Positions 1 through 12,009 of a stretch of DNA of 64,000 nt are shown here, in pieces (within the stretch, counting starts at the first letter, position 1; each line of letters opens with the position of its first letter). Location of the stretch: the NCBI GenBank assembly GCA_030704615.1, contig CM060731.1:65348001-65412000 (forward strand), written 5' to 3'. The translations under genes and the position numbers were made by a program. The notes below the pieces were generated by a model that did no database searches, was not told the origin of the DNA, and worked only from the letters and a program-made list of their open reading frames with translations. The DNA comes from Takakia lepidozioides. Lineage: Eukaryota > Plantae > Bryophyta.

Positions 1-200
1 ACTTGTTCCCTCGGTTTTAGGGTCCGCATCAGTAGTCTGCTCGCGCTTCGGGGAATCTACTCATGCATAAAGGAATCTGCTCACGCCTTTGCTGCCCTCT
101 CATGTGTGCAGTTACAGTTCAGCCAATTTGCATCTCACTGCAACCACATCAGACTGGTCAAGTTATAGAATCGCCTTAGACAATTGTACACCTTTGTATT

Positions 201-430
201 GAAGACTTAAGGGATCTATGTGAAGTATCCCATGCCTACTTTTCAAATATATCAATATAATTGAACACTGATGTTTGTACAAGGTCCACCCAAAAATTGA
301 GAAGGTGTACCACACCTGAAGACTTGAGGGATCTGGGTGGAGTCTCTCAGGTCTACTTTTCAAATATGTCATATAACTGAACACTGTGTGTACAAGGTCC
401 ACCCAAAAATAGGGAAGGTGTATCACACCA
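201..430. repeat. Two diverged tandem copies of a ~117-bp unit
   Basis: gaagactt..gggatct...ctacttttcaaatat...tgtacaaggtccacccaaaaat..gaaggtgta.cacacc occurs twice in tandem. Confidence 0.75.
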
Positions 431-2599
431 GAATCATATGATCTCTAGGGATTTTGTCATCTTTATCAAGTCAGAACGATGTATATAAAATGTGAATTAT
501 AATAGAGAAACCTCGTTAGATTATACCTTGTTAGATGAGAGGCTTGAATCTTTGCCGTATTCTTTTCACCGAGCAAAGATTGCTGTGGGTAGGAGATGGC
601 AGTTTGGGTCATTTTTAGGGGTTTGCGTGCAGTATGATACCTCCAAGTTTTCTCTCTGCGCCCAAGACTCCGTATAACGGTCATAGGGTGTTTTACCCTA
701 CCAAGACAATAACGATCTGCACAAAACAGGAAGAAGAGAAATTTGTGGTATTGAGGTGGAAAGATGAGCAAGATGAGCAAGTAAATGAGGACGATGCCTA
801 TAACCTCTTTGTCCTGCAACATGCTCAGGTCGCCATCGATTCATCCTAAGAAGGTAGGCCACACTGCAACTTGGACTGGGGGATGGTAGGTGTCCAAATC
901 CACAGTTTTCCCTTCAAAGGTTCCGTTGTTTCCGCACATCACAACATTGTCAAAATTATATGGATGTTCGTGTCCGTAAGCTGCCACAAAAAAAACACAA
1001 ACCATGGGACTAGTCTCAGTCAACATAAATCAGAGCGTGTGAATCAATTAGTGATGAGCCTCAATAGCAAACTAGTAATTTTATAAAAATAAACATAATA
1101 TTGTAATAATCAACAGAAAACAAAATTGGCTTTTAATTAGAAACGATCTTACCATCTTGTTCTGGACTTTTGAAAATGTCTCTACTAAACTAAATGGCTG
1201 AGCACTTTGTTAAAAATAAAAAATAAAAAATGTCGAAGTTGATGTTATAATAATGACCAAACTGAATTGTAATGCCTAGCAATCATTGACGCAAGTCTTT
1301 AATCATACTTTTCAATCCGCTGTTTGTGTGGGATCAAACATCCATACTAGTCTCTTGAAACATTGTCAGTGCCAAGGAAAAAAAAAAAAAAAAGCATTAT
1401 AAACAGTTGCGGCCTCACTAAAATGGAAAAAGATTTGACAACACAGATACGAAAAGTATGCTAGATGGGTTTGGGTGCTCAGGAACTTAGCCAATAATGA
1501 TCGTTTCAAAAAAGAACTTTTTGTTGAATTTTGGCAGTGTCCGAGGCAGGAGAGAGAGAGAGCCCGAGGGAGGGTAGGGTATTGGGAATTGCAAACCATT
1601 TCAACAAAGTATATTTCTGTAGAAAGGGTTGCATATGTAGCAGAGGTCTGAACGCTGCTAATTTCAGCCGGGTGTGGTATGTATATTTGTTCATAGGCAA
1701 CATGCTGGTGCCCCATTGAACTATCTGCAGGGGCTGTGGTTCTGGAAGGGAGAAAATGAAAGAGACTAGATTTTGTGTAATGAATATAGATAATTCCAAC
1801 CCTCTCCTTCTCCTCCTCCTCTGTTGTTTCTTTGGTGGAACGACGACCTATCATGGCTTTGATTGGTTTGACATCTTTTCTTTTGCGAACTTTACAGCAG
1901 GGGTTGCCTAAGACACAGCTACCTGCGATGCTATATGCTCTTCTTGCTCCAAATCATTGAGAGGAAGCTCGAGGGAGACCCCTTGAAAAATACACATATG
2001 TGGGACCGAAGGCGGCTATCTATCTAAATTTAACAAGGGTCCCAAATTTTGGTGGCAGTTATAAATCTGAAGGTCAAGAAAAGGGAGAGCAATGTAGCAG
2101 CCAATGAGGAGGGACGCCAGGGGTGTAGGAATGGCTGATATGTGAGGCCATGTGTAGAGGAGAGCAGAGAAGTAGGATATGTGAGGCGGTGGGGCAGTGG
2201 GGCCATCCTTCTAGAGCTTTCCAGAAAGAATTGCTACCGCCTGTGTACATATAGGAGGACCCCTCACAGTGTGGCTGGGCTCTGCCGAGAGCGGGGTATG
2301 AGCTAGAGGTTTGGTGGGCTTTGGCTATGTGCAGGCCCACTAGAAAACCCAAACACTAATCACTAATCACTTAGGAAACCAGGCCACTTCCCCCTCGCAC
2401 TGCACTAATAATTTGTCAATACTAGGATGTTGAAGCACCTTTGCACCACACTATTTCTTCTGAAGACACTAGGGCAAACCAGTACTACTGCAACCTAGTT
2501 ATTTACCTGTCATAGCCAGCAGGGTAGTACAATTAACTAATGCGAAAGTTTAGTAGTCAGAGCATAGCCTATACTGTGAAGAGCCTCATTACAAACTCA

Positions 2600-4080
2600 C
2601 TTCATGATTTGCAGCCTTCAATTTGGGCCGAATGCCGTCGAGCATCTCCAGCTTTCCGCGGAGGCGAACAACAAGGGGCAGATAATGAGTTGGCAACAAC
2701 ACTTTCAGTCTGCAACACACAACAGAAACCCTGAGGGACACACTACATGTACCCTCTGCCTCTCACTGCAATAACAAATTTGTAGCCAAAGATGGTGAAT
2801 GTCACCTCTTCTGAGTGAAGCTGGCTGAGATAAGGATGGTTACAGATGTTGCAAAGCTTCATCACAGTATTTTGAATCGATCATCCATACCATCACATTG
2901 GTTTGATAAGTCACCTGATATAACACTCATCTCAATGCCTTTGAGATCCAGCAGAAGATTTCTATGAACTCCAGGCACGAGTTTTCTCTTAAAAAGCAGC
3001 AAATGTCAACAAGTTTACCGTGTGCAACCACCTTTGGAAGGTATGATACCTTCGCATGTCCAGACATCCATCTTCACACGCTTCAAAGCAATTTTTGGCA
3101 AGCAGATGCATCGCACCTCACCAGTGTTTGAGCTCATTCTGGAAGCTCATTCTCAACCTTAACATGCCAATCCGAAAAAACTCCCTCAGCAAAGCAGTTA
3201 ACTATTTCCAGGCTCTAGCTCATTGCTAATTTGAAGCAAGCACCTCAATTACCCAACTTCTGCTTCTGCTACTGATTCTTACACCAAGTTTAGACATGCC
3301 ACATACGACGCAATAAGCTTCACATGCGCACCTCCTTATTTCACAGATCTGCTGTCTTCAAATGCAGACGTCTTACCTTATGCTTTAACCCCAAGCATGA
3401 ATGGGGGCAACACTTCATGGAGATGGTTGATAATAGGAGGTTCTCCTTTCTGTCTCGACAAAGCCTGTAGTGCACATCAACCAGAAACTTACTGACAGCA
3501 AAGATACAAGCCGTGCACTATTTCGGAGAGCCAAAATTAAGAGAGATCCTCACCTGGTCAGTAGCAGCGCCACATTCTCAAAAGGCTTGTTAAACCATTG
3601 AGCAAAGTCATCTGAAGAATTGAAGATGCTTGGCAGCAAGAAGTTCAGCAGCGCCCACAGCTCTTCCAGATTGTTCTGAAACACAGTCAACAACCAGTTG
3701 TGAGTTTGATACACATGCAATGCTTAACCAATTTGTAACCTGCAAACCCAGTTGGTACCTGGATGGGAGTTCTCGTGAGTAACAGTCCGTTGTTGCTCTG
3801 GTAATGTTTCATTTCAGCATTGAGCTTGCACGATCGCATTCTTTATGCCATGGCATTCGTCAATGATAATTTAGTGCCATGCTATCTTGCATACCTTTAG
3901 CCTATCATGCTTCTGCATCAGATATCAGTAATAAAGACGAGCGAATAACGATTTCATAACAGCTCTCACTGCAATTATATCACGGGTGCGTTCCTCCTAG
4001 CTTCCACGCCGCTCCTCTGAAGCACCAGAACTTTAAGGGTGTGTCGTCGTCCAAATTCCTAGCAATTGGTCGCACCTCAA
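2600..4080 (-). pseudogene. SNF2-family chromatin remodeler (SPLAYED/SYD-like) ATPase-domain pseudogene fragment with introns
   Basis: Minus-strand pieces read [111 protein letters not shown] and LPTHYLPLVVRLRGKLEMLDGIRPKLKAANH. These match plant SYD motifs but carry stops, frameshifts and a degenerate DEGH. Confidence 0.85.
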
Positions 4081-4179
4081 TCCTCAGAAAAGGCGATAGG
4101 AACATTAGAGTCGAGACTTGTCAGAGGAATTGCTAGCACGAGAATACACAATGGTGTGAATGTGTGTGTGTGAGAAGAG

Positions 4180-4330
4180 TGCCCATAAAGGAACCGAAAT
4201 CTGAAGCGGAAGCATTATAGCAACCTCAGCAAATAACGCAACGCCAGCTTCGCGAGAGGGTTCTTCACTGTCACAGAGCACACCATCCATATCCGGTAGC
4301 AGGCCCCGCACAGTAGACCGCTGCTTCTCA
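4180..4330 (-). pseudogene. HAD-hydrolase N-terminal fragment, SOQ1-like
   Basis: GLLPDMDGVLCDSEEPSREAGVALFAE (HAD motif I, DxDGV), then DFGSFMGT after a frameshift. Resembles the SOQ1 HAD domain; the rest of the gene is absent. Confidence 0.6.
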
Positions 4331-5427
4331 GCCTCTGAAACACTAACCTCCTGCGTACTGCTCGCATAATTCAGGGGACGCTCTCTATCCCCTCCAACTC
4401 TCTTGTGCACCGAGATTTCGCGCTTACCAAGATGTGGGCAGCTCATGGGCTTGCACCCAAAATGCAGGCTACACTTTGCTCATCTATAATCTCTGCAAGT
4501 ATGTGGAATAAGATATGGTGGGCACGGCCGCATCGGTCGAATGTAATGACAATGCGGACGAACAGGGACACAGAGCGCCATAGCTGCGAAGCTGCTCCCA
4601 GGCAAAGAGCTCAATATCACAGCTGGTGCTGTGGCATCTTGCGGAACAGAATATCCACTGTGGATAGAATATTCCTGTTATGGATCCATACAGGGTATTG
4701 ATTGACTGGGCTACAATAGCAGGCAGAGTCCAGCATTCTATGGATCGATCGCGGAAGTTGCAGGGCAGCTAGGGCATTGACGTGGTCACAGATCGCTTGT
4801 CTGACTCGTATGCATTCACGTCGATTGCTGCAGCATCGAGTCCTTGTTGTCGGACCGGTGTGGTGAGCATCACTGGTTTCCGTCATTGGACAGGACGATG
4901 TACCTGACTGCTCTGAGAGATGGACTGCCTCTTGTGTAATCTCACCGCACATAGGATTCCATCCATGTCCGCGGTGGACATGCTCGTTTTAGGGTAGAGG
5001 CTTGTTGTTGGGTCTGGATCCAGACTGGGGTGATCATCTTTGGTTGAATTTCCTCGTGTTTAGTTCGCATGTAGCCTTCTCAATATGAGTTGTCGAATGC
5101 CTCGATATCGCCCTCTTTGTGCTTTTTGGGTCATCTTTTGAAAAGGTTCGCGATTTTGTATGAAACTCCTTTGGCAGGACGGCCGAGATTCCGTGACTTC
5201 ACAATTCACACTCTCTCCATCACCCTGTGACGTTTCAGCTAGGTACTCTGTTTGGAAGTTTGCACTTTCGAACCCTGTTGGAGCCATCATGGTGAATAGA
5301 ACTGATTGTTGTCAGCTTCAAGAAGGCCCCGCGCGGAAATAAATGTAGTTTGTGCGATTGTGGTGGTATCTCTTTTAGTCGGATCGATTTGGTACTTAGG
5401 TCAGTGGACAGAGACAGAGACAGCGAG

Positions 5428-8400
5428 ATGGGGGGCGGATATGGGCCACTTGTTGCGTTGTATACAGCATTGAGCATAGGCGGAATCGCGTGGAGAATCA
5501 ACTCGGCATTGCAGAATGCTCTCCCAGAGGAAGTTGCGTCTGAGAAACGAGCTTGGGATCCCGTAGAGGCTGCTCGTGTACTACAATCACTCCTACAATC
5601 CTCGGTCACCGTCGGTCTCCTTGGCAATCTGATGGCGAACTTTTTCCTTCTCATCGCACTTTTGACGAAGGTGGGTTCTCTCTGGTGGTTCTCTGGAATC
5701 TTCTGATTCCTGTCATTTTCTGAAAATGAGATTCATAATCTTCAGCGTGTACCTCACAAAACTTATTTGAAAGAGAATCCCTGAAAGTGATGACTGATCC
5801 CGAATTTAGTGGTTGAAGTTGAATTCTAAGTTGGTTCTTGTATAGCGGGAGATAGAGAAGCCAACCAAGGGTGTGAGCACCAGCTCGACATGATAGGAGA
5901 TTTGAAGTCTAGACAGGTCATTGCTTTTGGAAATGGTTCAGGACTCCAAAAGTGTGAGGGAGCAGGAAGATATAAGACCGATTAATGAAGAGAATTGGCA
6001 TCTGGCTGAGATGGAACCTAGCACGGCAGAGCCCAGTTATGGCCTCAGGTGGAGATTCTACACATGAAGAGGGACACCTGGCATATCAATTTTTGGGATT
6101 GACAAAATTAAATGCAGCAGCCCCTATCAGGCCTTGAAGTCATCTTGCCTGACCCTGAAGCAGGAAACATTATATGATCCTGTGTTTCATAAACTTGTTG
6201 GAGGATGAGACTCCCACACCCTACCCTACCATCATTACTAAGGATTTGGAGATGGGAGAATTAGCTGTTTGTCACTGGAAAGGGGCACTTTGTAGCTTGT
6301 GGATATAGTGGTTGCTTGTGACTCTAGGGAACTGAAAGCACTAATGGGAAGACACATGTGCAGACCATTTTCTTTGGTCAGCTTTCTCTAATAGAGACAC
6401 AGAAGGTGGTGGAGCGTCTCATCAACTACATACTTTTCAAGGTGAATGTCAGACCTTCTGTTGTGTCTTACATCTAATATAACGTATTCTAAGACTAATC
6501 GACTAGGCTTTTCATGCCAGCTCAGCTTCTGGAACAACCAAAATCTACCCCCTCTCAATTTGCAGGTATTAAACACATTTCTCCTGAGCTGTTGAGATAG
6601 CTAGCCCAAAGATTGTGCGAACCTATAAACTGATAACTTATAAGTCCAGTCTACTGTGCTCTTGCGCAGTGCTGTAGTTAGGGCATCAAACTGCCAGTGA
6701 CCTGTAACTGGATTGTTATTGACTGTGCGGAAGCACTGTCACAGATTTTGGGCTGAGGTCCCACATGCCGGTGAGTAGAAGTCTCATAAAAGGCTTGATG
6801 TCCTGTGGCACAATATCCTCAAGGAGTACTTCTCTTCTGTTCTTTCAAAGTGGGGAGGTTACACTCCCAACGCCAGTCAATATGCCAACCTTCAGCTTTC
6901 TTCGATTCTTCTCTTGTGTTCTTTAAAGGGGGGAGGTTACAGTCCCGACGCCCGTCAACATTTCCAACATCCAGCTTTCTTTGATTCTGTCTTTGTGTAT
7001 ATGCATGAGAGAACTATTCTGCCATTCCCTCACCGTATGTCATGTTATAATGGCTTGAGAAGCCATTCTGATGGAACACTGGAATGAGTGCTTGAAGAGT
7101 GGTGTTTCGTGTACATGCAGGCATGCTCAACACTCTATATTGTATTTTGGGTGGGGATGATGGCAGGGTCTGTTTCTTACATGGGTGGTGCGGCCAGAGA
7201 TGCTGCAGATTGCAGTCTGGCTTGCTTGGTTTGCTGTCCTTGGCTTTCTCAAGGTGGGATGATCTGTGCTCCTCTTGTCCTTCAAAGCAGAGCTTGTGAG
7301 TGCACATGATAGGGGAATGCAGGGCATGGTTCTGAAGGGAGTGGGCAAGTGCATGCAGATGTTCCAAGGCCTGGCGAGGGACCGCTTGGAACGGTTAAAT
7401 TCATCCCCAACTGCAACTATGCTAGCTCACATGCGCGTATTTGCGGTTCTTTTACTAGTACTTCTAATCGACTTGTTTTGGTAACTCCCTGCTGTCTCTT
7501 CCTGTTCATGTCATTGTGAAGCTTAATGCAGTAGGTGAAGAGGTTTGTTCATGGTGGTACAGCATTGGGACCTAGTGCTGTGGAGATCTCCATTCTTCTA
7601 ATTTCAAACACAAAAGTACAGGGGAGGATTATAGATGTGAAGTTTTCTATGTCTGCAATCACCTCCCTTCAGTGGACTCTCTTTGATGTATTGCTCTTAT
7701 TCCAGAGGTAAAACAGTAGAAGTTGGGGATGCAAAGGCATCCCTCCAATTTTGTATGTGGTATTCATTCTCCCCACAACTTGTTCCAAAGGGATGTTTAC
7801 ATGCATGGTTGGACAATTGCATAAGCATGGAGGACTATCATGGATGATACAGGATGCAGCTGTGCATGATGGTCTTTAAGGACACTGGCACCAGCACGTT
7901 TTTGCTACTTCTATTTGAGCCTCTCAGCATTGCGATTGATACTTTGCAGGTGACTGTCACCATCCCCCTCCCCGCCCGCCCCCTCCTCTGCTCCATTATT
8001 TGTTTCCTTTTCTAGCTCTGGTGTTTCCTTTAGTTGACCTGTAAAGGGAAGCATTTATCCTGGCTCATGGAATCTTGTACAGGTTCTATGAAGGTGGGAT
8101 TGACAGTCGGAAAGGTTGGTTTGGCAGGCAGTCATAGTGCATGGCATGCAGCTGCTGGATACATGGCAACGGCACAGCTTGGATGTGTCATCACAAACCT
8201 CAGGGTTGCAGCCTTCTGAAAGGTCTGCTGCAGGTGTGTCCCGCGCTCACTTCCTAGAATTATGCCAGTGAAGAATATTGGCCAGCTGTGCAGGTGCCAT
8301 CACTGTCTAGTTTAAATGAGTGTGGTCCTGGTGAACATGTACGCCAAGATTTTATGACTGAAAAGTTATGTGTTGGCTATAGCTAAAGCCCTTACTGGCA

Positions 8401-11400
8401 TGGGCAGCATGGTGGTGCCACAGTTGTTTCTCTTGTGTATAAATTGTATTCTTTGTAGAATCTTTTGAAAATTACTCGTCATGAAGGTCAACAGTCTATG
8501 GCATCACTTCCAAGTAACCTGCATAACTTCAGATTTGGGAGGACTGTAATTTGAGCAGGTTGAAGTGTTGACACCAAGTTTTCTGCTAGTTGCCACTGTT
8601 TAGGATACTTGTGACCATGTTTCATTATGTGATACTGCCCTCCTGGGGTGGGAGGTGTAGAGTTCTGGCCCTTGGAAGAGAGTGAAGGTTGAAGAGGACT
8701 GGTGCAATGCAGGCGCAGCATGGGAATGGCGGGGAAGTGTGGTCCGGAACTGCAGCTTTATGATGGACATTGTCAGCTTGCTTCTTGCCCTAGGCCACTG
8801 TGTCCATATCTGGTGGCTCCGCGGTCTTGCATTTCAAGTGGTCGATGCTATTCTCTTCCTGAACTTGCGGGTGCGTGAGGGAGCCTTTTCCTTTCTGTTG
8901 GGTGGACGATTTATGAAAGGGATAGTTTGGGAGCTGAATGGTCAGCAGTGTTCATCATGCTGTATAGTTAAGGGTATGGAGCATAGATGCAGATTGGGCA
9001 ACCAAGGCAAATGGTCACCAACAAGTGGTGCTGCTGGCAGGCACTGTTAACTGCAATATCAAAAAGGATCAAGGGGTTCATGAAACTGCGGGCAGACATG
9101 ACTACTTTGCAAGGAGCCCTACCTGATGCTACGGCAAATGAGCTTCTCGCGTATGAAGATGATTGTGCCATCTGCAAGGTTTGTTGCACTTCTTTCTGGT
9201 GTCTTAGGCTCACAAAGCAGGTGTATCTGTCAGAATGTCTGAGCAGGGGTAGGTGTGGTTGACAGGAGCCAATGGCGAGGGCTAAAAGGCTACCATGTGC
9301 ACATCTCTTCCATCTGTCTTGCTTGCGATCTTGGTAAGCCTTAATCTGTAAATGCCTCTTCCAAGTTACAGAGCTAGCAAAGCACGCATGCTTACTTAAG
9401 ACATAAGGAAAGACTGGCTGAGCAACTATTTGTCCCAGTTTGTTGCAACAGTCTCTTGTAATCCCGAGATTTAGTTTTCTTTTGGGAATTCCTGTCAGTT
9501 CTGCATTCCGTGCTTGTTTGTAGAAACTGTGGCAGATGGAGGATGGCTGCAGGTTGGATCATGGGTTGGCAGAAACCAATCCCTTGTAATTCCGAGCATT
9601 TAGTTTTATTTTGGGAATTCATGTCCGTTCTGCATTCCGGGCACACTTGCTGGTAGAAACTGTGGCAGATGGAGGATGGCTGCAGGTTGGATCAAGGGCT
9701 GGCAGAAACCTATTCCTGCCCAACCTGCCGTAGGCCCCTATTTATGGGTGGCTCCAGGATGACGACACCAAGTCCTCGGTCCTTTGTGGACGTGCCTACT
9801 ACCCTCCCTGGCATCGGTGAGCGGCAGGCTCAGGAGCAACAGCAACTCACTAGTGTGCCTGTGCCCTCCCCGGTGCCTCTACCTTTGTCAAGCCCGCACT
9901 GGAATGCCCCAGTGACCAACTCTTGGAGGTAGGTTTTGCTGCTTCTTTGTCTTGGAGCAAGGAATATGGCTTGCTGAGTTCTAAGGTTTTTATCTACTGG
10001 CAGTCATAGATTTTCTCCAACCATGCAATTTCAACAGAGTATCTTTTGTATTCAGGCAAAGAGTCACTGAAGCCGTGATGCCAAACTGAGATAGGGAGTG
10101 GGGAGTCTGAGATGCTGCCAAGATACTAGAGCTACAGCGCTGGATCCTCATTGTAGTTGCTTTGCAGATTGTTGAGAGCGGGTGAAGAAGCACTCTGTAA
10201 AGGCTAGATCTATGTAACTGTATCCAGTGCTTGTGAGCTTATCCCTAAGACAAATGGATGCACGTGGTGCACAATAGGACACCTGCCTGTAGTTTTTGCA
10301 ACAATTACAAGTGTCTGTCCAGAACGTGGTGATACCCTTAAGCCAGCACATGCCAATCGGTGGATAAATCACAGTTCTGGGCTGATGTTCCACTTATTGA
10401 CAAAGTGTTCACTGAACTGCAGTGTTTAACACATTGCTGACTCTCCAAATTTTTGAGGCTGGCTCTGTCTTTATAACAGGAGATGGGACTGTCAACTGCC
10501 CCTGATAGGAAGGAGGGTGTTTGGTGCAGGGGCAATGGGGGGGAAGCAGCCTGGGCAGGAGTGGTAGGGGCAGCAACAGGGGAGGGTGATGGTGCCTCAG
10601 CAGAGGCAGCAGTAGCAGCAGGTGGCCTAGGACGCGTACATATGATGATGAGGCAGCTTTCAGGAACAGCAGGGCGTGGCCACGGACCTGTGGATGAGAC
10701 CTGGGGCTGGTGGCCTTTTGGCGAGAGCAGTGCACCGGCAGGCAGGCGCAGTAGAGGGGACACAGCTGCTACTCCACAACGACGTAGTAGTGCCACCAGT
10801 ACATCGGAGCTGGGCTCCCACATAGATGCGCGGATGACAGGGATGGTGAGCATGGTCCGTGAGGTGTTGCCTCACATTCCGGATGAGCTCATTACACAGG
10901 TTTGTGTTCCCCTCATCTCTGGGACGTTGTTCTCCATTGCAGTTAACCCTTAAATGCCTGAAGCAGTTTTCACCGTCTCCCGAAAAATCATGACCCTTTC
11001 TCAGTAAATGATATTTGTCTCCCTGAATTTCAGTCCCGTGGAAAACTGACTGTTTCAAATTCATCCCATCCACCCCACCTCCCACCACCAAAAACTGCAG
11101 TGCAATCCATCCACAAAACCACCAGAGCACAATGTCAGAACCTGGATCAAAAGTCGATTGACAGTACAAATAGAGACCCAAAAAAAGCAGTGTACCAGCT
11201 GTACATCCATGGGAATGGTTTTTTTTCTGTTTTTTGGAGAGTCACCAGAATTATGTGCCCGACTTCATATCTGACCTGCCTTGAAATTCCCAGATTTTTC
11301 TGACAACAGAGGGTCTTTTGTAGTGATAAATGTGGGGGTAAAAATGAACCCCTCTTTTTGGGCAGTGATGAAATCATACTAGAACAATTCAGATAAAAAC

Positions 11401-12009
11401 TGAGACCGTTAAAATCCTGATTCCTCCGGTCCAGCCTCTGTTTGCATTCATGTCACTCCCAGTCAAAACTTCCAACCAATGGGATAAATGCAGGGGTCTT
11501 TTTTAGACCCCTGCCTGCCTTTCAGGCCCTAAGTAGCGTGCCGGCCTACTACCTCCCTCATTGTTGGCCTGTTGTTTCCCGAGGTGGATCCACCCTGTGT
11601 CATCATGTCAGGCTACCCTCCCTGAAATCAAGGGTTTGTGGGCCCACTCCTTCCCTATCAGCACGGACCCAAAAGTGGCAGTGGTCGATAGTTGCCAGCC
11701 GTGCAATCTCACGCATGTGAGGAGGACCTCAACTAGCTCTCAGGCTGTAGCACCCTACAGCCAACAGAATTGCCTCTGGAAATTGTGCCACGGGGAAGAT
11801 GACTGGATTTCCAGTAGAACAAGTCCAACCTGGGTGAAATTGGACTTAACTACAGGTAGATCTGCGGTCCCCAGCTAACCTGACCGACCCGGGTCGCTTA
11901 GTCGTTTAGGGGTTAAATACTAGCATGTTTGGAATTGATCTTGCCCTTTTGGTTGCAGGACCTGCGGCGGACAAATTCTGTGACTGCCACTGTGAACAAT
12001 CTTCTGTAG
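5428..12009 (+). CDS. RIN2: RIN2/RIN3 (gp78/AMFR-like) multi-pass membrane RING E3 ubiquitin ligase with C-terminal CUE domain; multi-exon
   Basis: GT-AG exons: MGGGYGPL..LLTK (5428-5670); TIFFGQLSLIETQKVVERLINYILFK; GLFLTWVV..FLK; MFQGLARDRLERLNSSP; ..LLFEPLSIAIDTLQ; WEWRG..HIWWLRGLAFQVVDAILFLNLR; RING DDCAICK/EPMARAKRLPCAHLFHLSCLRSW/LDQG..YSCPTCR; CUE MVREVLPHIPDELITQ/DLRRTNSVTATVNNLL* (stop 12007-12009). Confidence 0.9.
10947..11912. mobile_element. Non-autonomous piggyBac-like element in the last RIN2 intron
   Basis: TTAA at 10943-10946 and 11913-11916. Ends are CCCTTAAATGCCTGAAGC and (reverse complement) CCCCTAAACGACTAAGC, imperfect TIRs starting CCC. Internal Cys/His remnant AHSFP..CQPC..LC. 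Confidence 0.5.
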
